64,000 nucleotides of DNA from Candidatus Tectimicrobiota bacterium (GTDB taxonomy: Bacteria; JACPUC01), in the NCBI GenBank assembly GCA_016192455.1, contig JACPUC010000002.1:62001-126000 (forward strand). Direction: 5' to 3'. The position numbers and the translations under genes were made by a program. Below, piece by piece: positions 60,684 through 64,000 of this stretch. How positions within the stretch are numbered: position 1 is the first letter of the stretch; every line of letters starts with the position of its first letter. The notes below the pieces were generated by a model that saw nothing but the letters and a program-made list of their open reading frames with translations, searched no databases and was not told the origin of the DNA.

Positions 60684-61118
60684 CTGGAGCCGCGGACCGG
60701 TCGCAGGGAAGGGCTGGGAGACGAGGTGCGGCGTTCTCAAAGGGGCATGTCCTTTCTTCACCTTCCGGCTGAAGGCTCGGCGGAGAGGTCGCAAAACCCT
60801 AGCGTACGGGGACCGAGGCACGAAATCAAGCAATTCTCCCGAAAATACCGCCCTGCCGATGCCGCAATAACTCCTGTTTCCACGCGCGCGGCGACCTCAC
60901 TCCGGCCGCCACGGCTCGGCGTGGGGGAGAAGCGCAGCGGCGCGCCGATTTCCTAGCTCGGCAGAGATGGTTCCTTAACGTATAGTATGCGCATCCGCCC
61001 CTCAGGAGTCCATAAGGTTGGTCCCTCGGAGAGCATTCGGGCCGCGGCGCGCAAGGATGCGCCGGCCACTCTCAGGATGCCGCCGTAGGGAGGGGCAGGG
61101 AGGAGAGGTTCCCCAGGC

Positions 61119-61955
61119 ATGTTCCACTTACTCTTGAGGCTCTACCAGCGTCTTTCCAGAACCCAGCGCCGGAGGATCCAGGCCTTGCTGGGGCCCTACC
61201 GGGGCGAGCCCATCAAGGTGGTCAAGACGCATCACCGCGCGGGGTTCAGGATGCTCATGCCGCAGGAGGCGCTGCTCGGCAACCTCTTCCTCGTCGGCGG
61301 CACCTTCCGCTGGGAGGAGGAGGAGACGGAGATCGTCCTGCAGCATCTCTCGCCCACCGACGTGTTCGTTGATATCGGGGCGAACACCGGCTACTACACG
61401 CTCCTCGCCCAGGCGCGCTGCCGCCGCGTTTATGCGTTCGAGCCCGGCAAGCAGTTCTTCCGCGAGCTCCTGGCGAACCTGAGCCTGAATGATGGAGCCA
61501 ACGTCACGGCGCTGAACTACGGGCTCTTCAGCGGCGCCCATGAAGCCTACCTGAAGGTGAGCCGGGGCAAGCTGATCTTCCCGGCGGCGGCTTCGGTGAA
61601 GCAGAGCGACCTCGAGGCGATCAACAGGCGCGATGCGAACTTCGAGAAGATCGACCTGCGCGTCTTCGATGAGGTGCGCGAGGAGCTCGGGATTCCGAAG
61701 GTGGATTTCTTGAAGGTGGACGTGGAGGGCGCGGAGATCGATGTGCTGCTGGGAATGCGCCGCACGCTCAGCGAGGAGCATCCGAGCATCCTTCTCAGCG
61801 TGCATCCCTCGAAGCTGACGACATTTGGACGGCGGAATGACGACCTCTTCGATCTCCTGCGGAAATTCGGCTACGAGTTCCGCGCTATCAGCGGCATCGA
61901 GGAGGAGGTCGTCCAGCCTTCCTACACGTTGAACTCTACGTTGTTCTGTTGGTAG
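61119..61955 (+). CDS. FkbM family methyltransferase
   Basis: VDIGANTGYYT, VYAFEP, LKVDVEGAE. Confidence 0.92.
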   Translation: MFHLLLRLYQRLSRTQRRRIQALLGPYRGEPIKVVKTHHRAGFRMLMPQEALLGNLFLVGGTFRWEEEETEIVLQHLSPTDVFVDIGANTGYYTLLAQARCRRVYAFEPGKQFFRELLANLSLNDGANVTALNYGLFSGAHEAYLKVSRGKLIFPAAASVKQSDLEAINRRDANFEKIDLRVFDEVREELGIPKVDFLKVDVEGAEIDVLLGMRRTLSEEHPSILLSVHPSKLTTFGRRNDDLFDLLRKFGYEFRAISGIEEEVVQPSYTLNSTLFCW

Positions 61956-62052
61956 GCGCCGCTGCCGGCGAGGAGCCGGGCGAGGTCCGCGTGGCCCCAT
62001 GGCGCGGGCGCGGCGCAACGCCCCCTCCCGGCTCCACGGTGGAGGTTCGGCG

Positions 62053-62355
62053 GTGGAGTGCGACTGCTGCGGGCGGAAATCCGCCGGGGACGAACCCTAC
62101 GCAGGCTGGCTGCGGGAGTACTTCGCGGCGTACTACGAGACGATCTGCTCGCAATGTGGGCAGATGTTGGAAGCGGAAGCGCACGACCTCCTCGAGGAGT
62201 TCGCCAAGCGCATGTACCTCGGTCAGAAAACCGCCGACCTCCTCAGGGACTGCACCTGCGCGGCGTGCGGGCAGAGCTTCGCCAGCACGGAGCGCCTCGG
62301 CGCCTGCTGCCCGCGCTGTGGGACATGGAAGGAGGTGAGGCGGGGCGGCTCGTGA
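62053..62355 (+). CDS. small double zinc-ribbon protein
   Basis: GGAGG RBS plus GTG; CDCC, CSQC, CAAC and CPRC motifs. Confidence 0.65.
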   Translation: MECDCCGRKSAGDEPYAGWLREYFAAYYETICSQCGQMLEAEAHDLLEEFAKRMYLGQKTADLLRDCTCAACGQSFASTERLGACCPRCGTWKEVRRGGS

Positions 62356-62501
62356 CATGCCCTGAACCGCCACGATGCCGCTTGTGGGGCGGCGCACGAA
62401 GCCGGTGAGGAGGCGGCGGCGCGGGGAAACAGCCGATCCCTCGCAGCCGCTGGCGGCGCCGCGCCTGGGTCAGGGCAGGTGGAGCCGGGCACCCTCCGCC
62501 C

Positions 62502-64000
62502 TCACGACCGCCGCATCCACCAGGGCTTGATGCCGAAGTCCTGCGCCATGACGCCGGCCGCGTTGTACCCCGGCGCGGCGGTGATGCCCCCCTGGGGATG
62601 ACAGGAACCGCCGCAGAGGTAGAGGCCCTCGATCGGCATGCGGTAGTGCGACCAGCCGGGGAAGGGCCGGAAAAAGCCCATCTGATCCGGCCCCACGGAG
62701 CCGTGCAGCTTCGCCCCCCGGAACATGCTGGGGGTGGTGCGCTCGATGTCCAGCGGCGAGTAGACGTAGCGGGCCAGGATGTTGTCCCACGTCATGTTCG
62801 GCGCGTAGCGGCGCCAGAGCGCCTCTATCTGGTCGGCGTAGTCCTCCTTCACCTCGTCCCACTTCTCCGGGCCGTCCTTCAACTGGTAGGTGGCGAACTG
62901 CCAGGCAAAAGCGGTGTGTTTGCCGGGCGGAGCCTGGGTGGGATCGTGGATGGTGGGACAGATCGAGTAGCCGCTGAGGTGCGGCGAGGGGACGCCGGCC
63001 TTGATGTCGTTGAAAAGGAGCTGCAAGTCGAGCAGCGACTCCATGCCCCAAGCGACGAAGGCCGAGCTGTGGATGGCCGGGTTGTTCTCGGCCGCCACGT
63101 AGCGCGGCGGCTCGTTCAGGGCGTAGTGCGTCGTAAAGAGCGTCATCAGGTCGGGCTGGTAGTGCTCCACGTCGTGGGCGAAGCGCTCGCCGGCGATCTC
63201 CTCGATGGTCTCCCTGCCGATGAGATCGAAGAAGGTGGGGAGGGGCGTGGTATTGGAGGCGATCCCCTTGCGGGCCGCAATCTCGTTCCCATCCTCGAGC
63301 CGCACGGCCACGGCCCGGCGGTTGCGCACGAGGATCTTCTGCACGCCGGCGTTGCGCAGCACCGTGCCGCCGTGGGCCTCGACGCAGCGGGCGAGCGCCT
63401 CGGCCAGGCTGCGCGAGCCGCCCTCGGCGATGCCCACGGGGGCGTGCAGGCCGTAAAGGAGCACCAGCGTCATGATGCCGGTGCCGTAGAGGTCCCCGGG
63501 GTTCGAGCCCTGCGTCCCCATCATCAGCAGCCAGAGCTTCACCCTCTCGTTCTCGAAGTTCTCGTTGCAGAAGACGAAGGGCGAGGCCTGCATGTACTTC
63601 AACACGCGCCGGCCGTTCTCCGTCTGCTCCAGGGGGGCGGAGACCTTCGACGGCGGCAACGGCGGGTTGTACCAGGCCGCCTGCACCAGCGCCGTCACCC
63701 CCTTGAAGGTGGCGTAGATGTCCTGGTAGCTCTTGGCGTCCTTCTTGGAGAACTTCTCGATATCGGCGAGGGTGCGGCGGTAATCGCGGTAGAGGCCGAT
63801 GCTGGAGCCATCCTCGAAGACCATGCAGTAGACGGGATCGGGATAGACGTAGCGCAGGCCGTACTTGTCGAGCTCGAGCGGCTGGAAGATGCGCTCGCGG
63901 TTGAGCCACGTGTGCGCCATGGAGTGGAGGTTATGCTTGAACCCCGGCAGGGTCATCTCCTCCGTCGAGCACCCCCCGCCGATGTTGTGGCGCTTCTCCA
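62502..64000 (-). CDS. phytoene desaturase family FAD oxidoreductase (5' end outside the window)
   Basis: EKRHNIGG...TLPGF, EGGSRSL, SPLDIE, YRMPIEGLYLCGGSCHPQGGITAAPGYNAA. Confidence 0.9.
   Translation of the reverse strand, partial: EKRHNIGGGCSTEEMTLPGFKHNLHSMAHTWLNRERIFQPLELDKYGLRYVYPDPVYCMVFEDGSSIGLYRDYRRTLADIEKFSKKDAKSYQDIYATFKGVTALVQAAWYNPPLPPSKVSAPLEQTENGRRVLKYMQASPFVFCNENFENERVKLWLLMMGTQGSNPGDLYGTGIMTLVLLYGLHAPVGIAEGGSRSLAEALARCVEAHGGTVLRNAGVQKILVRNRRAVAVRLEDGNEIAARKGIASNTTPLPTFFDLIGRETIEEIAGERFAHDVEHYQPDLMTLFTTHYALNEPPRYVAAENNPAIHSSAFVAWGMESLLDLQLLFNDIKAGVPSPHLSGYSICPTIHDPTQAPPGKHTAFAWQFATYQLKDGPEKWDEVKEDYADQIEALWRRYAPNMTWDNILARYVYSPLDIERTTPSMFRGAKLHGSVGPDQMGFFRPFPGWSHYRMPIEGLYLCGGSCHPQGGITAAPGYNAAGVMAQDFGIKPWWMRRS

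Noticed and set aside
61025-61095. Glycine-riboswitch-like GGAGAG...GCAA...ACTCTCAGG upstream of the FkbM gene
   Set aside because: It lacks the conserved CCGAAG, is too short, and the downstream gene is unrelated to glycine. A plain hairpin explains it.

Overview
This is a high-GC bacterial chromosomal segment with about 50 genes. FimV-like and CsgG/LpoB-like envelope proteins suggest a diderm, which is an inference only. Most of the window is catabolic and transport genes: a divergent SdhA/FrdA-type flavoprotein with a 2Fe-2S-only partner, ABC transporter parts, two UbiD decarboxylases, ETF-QO, an orphan Mo-hydroxylase large subunit, Fe-ADH, cyclase, CoA ligase, DASS transporter, arylsulfate sulfotransferase, hydantoinase/oxoprolinase A and two B subunits, and OtsA. 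It also holds a copA-ftsH-csoR-FGE-like copper operon and several secreted proteins. I found no rRNA, tRNA, CRISPR array, transposase or integrase. Main highlights: (1) an AT-richer islet with an ABC-ATPase plus DUF4276/TOPRIM-like pair, a candidate anti-phage module, in which both genes are broken by one missing base at G tracts; (2) a DASS-UbiD-sulfotransferase unit; (3) tandem NrdR-like boxes 31 bp apart in front of an Ig-domain surface protein rather than a ribonucleotide reductase; (4) a DUF3090/SCO1664 kinase-like pair convergent on an inositol monophosphatase; (5) a nested stack of three palindromic repeat families at 44.9-45.2 kb. All family assignments come from motifs recognised by eye. 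No database searches were run.
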